From Cystobasidiomycetes sp. EMM_F5 (lineage: Eukaryota), in assembly GCA_051047955.1 (NCBI GenBank), contig JBPGPT010000013.1, positions 186,001 to 250,000 on the forward strand: DNA of 64,000 nt, given 5' to 3'. Shown piece after piece: positions 61,934 to 64,000 of the stretch. Under the pieces are notes generated by a model that saw nothing but the letters and a program-made list of their open reading frames with translations, was not told the DNA's origin and searched no databases. Each line of letters opens with the position of its first letter. Positions within the stretch are counted from its first letter, which is position 1. The translations under genes and the position numbers were made by a program.

Positions 61934-64000
61934 TCATAACAGGAGTAAGCGGAGATAATCCAGCACAAGACTTGACACTACCCGCTCCGCACCAGGTCCT
62001 TGAAGTGCATCGTGTAAACGACCCAATGCCTCTGCGGTGGCTGCAATGCAAACCCAGCAGGTCAGCTTGGATAACTGCTAGACTTGTATTAATCGTAAAC
62101 TGACCTGCGCTGCCGAGCGATACTTTGAGGCCTTCTGGTGCTTGCGACAGAATCAATTTTCTCGCCTGAGTCCTTGTGGCCTCCTTCTCCTCCGAAGTAC
62201 GTTCTGCTTTCGCTTGAACGCCCGGTACAGATGACCACCAGCTAAAGAGGGTAATGGCGTCAGTAACGCGTGCGTATTTTGCAAAACGCAACTCACACAT
62301 CGTCAGGAGGTGGCCAAAAACTCTTGCGAAGCAAGTCGACGTTCTTTGCATAGAACTGCTCGTCTGACATTGTAGCCACGAGTCGGGTGACTGCGGCCCG
62401 GATGACGCTGGCATAGGACGTACGAAGAATACTCTCTAGTACCCTGAGAATACCTCTTTTGATGTTCCATGTCGAGTCTACGAGGTCGTAGGCTTCCTCC
62501 AAGATGGCCATGGCGAAAGAAAGGACATTGTTGAATTCCGATGCGGACAGAGCCGAGGCTACTGCCGGACTTGGAGTACGCGGCGGAGGGGCAGGCGATG
62601 CTCTCTCACTTGCAGCTGTCGCACCCGCCATGCTGGGCAAAGGCTCATCGATTGCCTTTTGTGCAACGGACTCTGCTTCTTCACCAGCGTGCTGTCGCAG
62701 ATATTCCTGATCTACCTGTAGCAGTTGATCGAAGCTCATACGACCACGCAGCACGGGCGACTGCTTCACGGAAGACTCGACTGCGTCCTTCTCCACATTG
62801 TCGCGACCAGCCGGTTTGCGGCGAGGTGTATAATGGAAGCCTTGCGGAATGGCCGCCTGCTCTCTTTTGGCTGAAGTTGGAGTATCCTGCGGTGGGAGCG
62901 GTACATCTAAAGGACCATCTGGGACATGATAACCGTTCGGAGACGCTGGTCGCGGTGGAAGTGCAGGTGGTTGTGACGCGTGTGCAGGCATGATCGGTGT
63001 TGCAGGCTGCGACGCGCCTTCGGAATGATTGGAAATAAGATTTGCAGGTTGAATACCCTCCGACGCGGCAGCTGCTTCCTGCAGTAATCTTTCGGGGAGG
63101 TCTATGCTTTCTTCCTGAATTGAAGGCGATTGCAGTATTGGCAAAGCGTCACTCGAAGTGGCTGGTGTCTTAGCAGCAGCATCCTTCAGCGATGACATTG
63201 AAGACCGCTTGCTTGGTGTCTGCGGGCTGCCAACTTCCGCTGCCGAAGGACGTCTTCGTAACTTCGGCAGCGTCGTCACTGCCGTCGTAAAATTGCTCAA
63301 ACCTGTAGCAATTCCCCTCGTTGCTGCTTCACCGCTACGGCCGATACCTCGCGTCACGCCAGTCACACCTTTTCCGATATTGTTCACTCCACGGCCGAGG
63401 AACGCAAGTGGCTGAATATTGGTGCTCTTGGAGTCCGTACGCTCTCTCGCAAAGAACAGCGCAACCGGATCGCATGCAGCGTATCGGTCATCCTGCAGCA
63501 GGGCTGTTAGATACTGCTCCAACGACCGACAGAGGTTCTCGCTTGTCTGAAAGTTGGTGGACGGTAGAGGGGCGCGAGGGAAGTCTCGTGTACCGGAAGC
63601 AGGAAGCGCCTTCTTGATGCCTACATCCATATTTTCGAACTCTGGATATTTACGAGCAAGCTGGATGTATTGTCAGTTTCACGTTCATACAAATCCGCAT
63701 ACGTAGTGACTCACAATATATCCAGGCTGACCTTCTACTTCAACGGCGATAAGGAACTCGAGGTCCCGCTTGTTTTTGACATGACTATTGTGGAAGGCCG
63801 AGGGCGGCGAGAGATCGGTCAAAGTCACAGAGAAAGCCGGGTTCTGAAGTGATTGCGCGTCTTCATTATCGTCCTGAGAAGACAGCGTAAGTGTCGACTG
63901 GCTAGAGTTGAAACCATCTGGACTTGTAAAGTCGGACTGTGCGGGAACAACCACCTCCGAATTCTCCTTCGAAAGTGCTGTTTCGACAGCGGTGACGGAG
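61934..64000 (-). CDS. PX / Nexin_C sorting-nexin-like protein; 5' part outside window
   Basis: FLIAVEV..PGYIV; LCRSLEQYLTALLQDDRYAACDPVALFF (PX); WNIKRGIL..SFWP..ERTSEEKEATR..PEGLKVSLG (Nexin_C-like). Confidence 0.78.

Noticed and set aside
1..64000. Prokaryotic systems (CRISPR arrays, operons, defence islands), transposons, tRNA and rRNA genes
   Set aside because: The sequence is spliceosomal-intron-rich fungal DNA; no repeat-spacer array, transposase, reverse transcriptase, TIR/LTR or cloverleaf was recognised by eye

Overview
Gene-dense, intron-rich eukaryotic DNA (GT/GC-AG introns of mostly ~50-80 nt with CTRAY branch sites, very short intergenic spacers). It is most consistent with a compact basidiomycete fungal genome; Pucciniomycotina or a Mixia-like lineage is an inference. 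About 32 protein genes are supported. Housekeeping genes: UBP14, RVS161, coronin, RAD2/XPG, OST4, TMA46, UPF3, ORC3, elongin A, CIA2, RBM5/10-like, CysRS, 6PGD, ceramide synthase, SDS22 and a PX sorting nexin. There are two local expansions: a tandem pair of double-GNAT genes and four paralogous Cys-rich, probably GPI-anchored proteins. No tRNA, rRNA, CRISPR array or transposon was recognised. Best signals: (1) a perfect in-frame PTS2 upstream of the 6PGD ATG, reachable only by non-AUG initiation; (2) a frame-required 2-nt exon plus structured introns in the same gene; (3) two divergent genes (UPF3 and a CH-like unknown) apparently starting on the same CATG palindrome; (4) a TRIC/TMEM38-like channel; (5) a possible nested intron in CIA2. 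Exon joins were made by eye, so boundaries are approximate.
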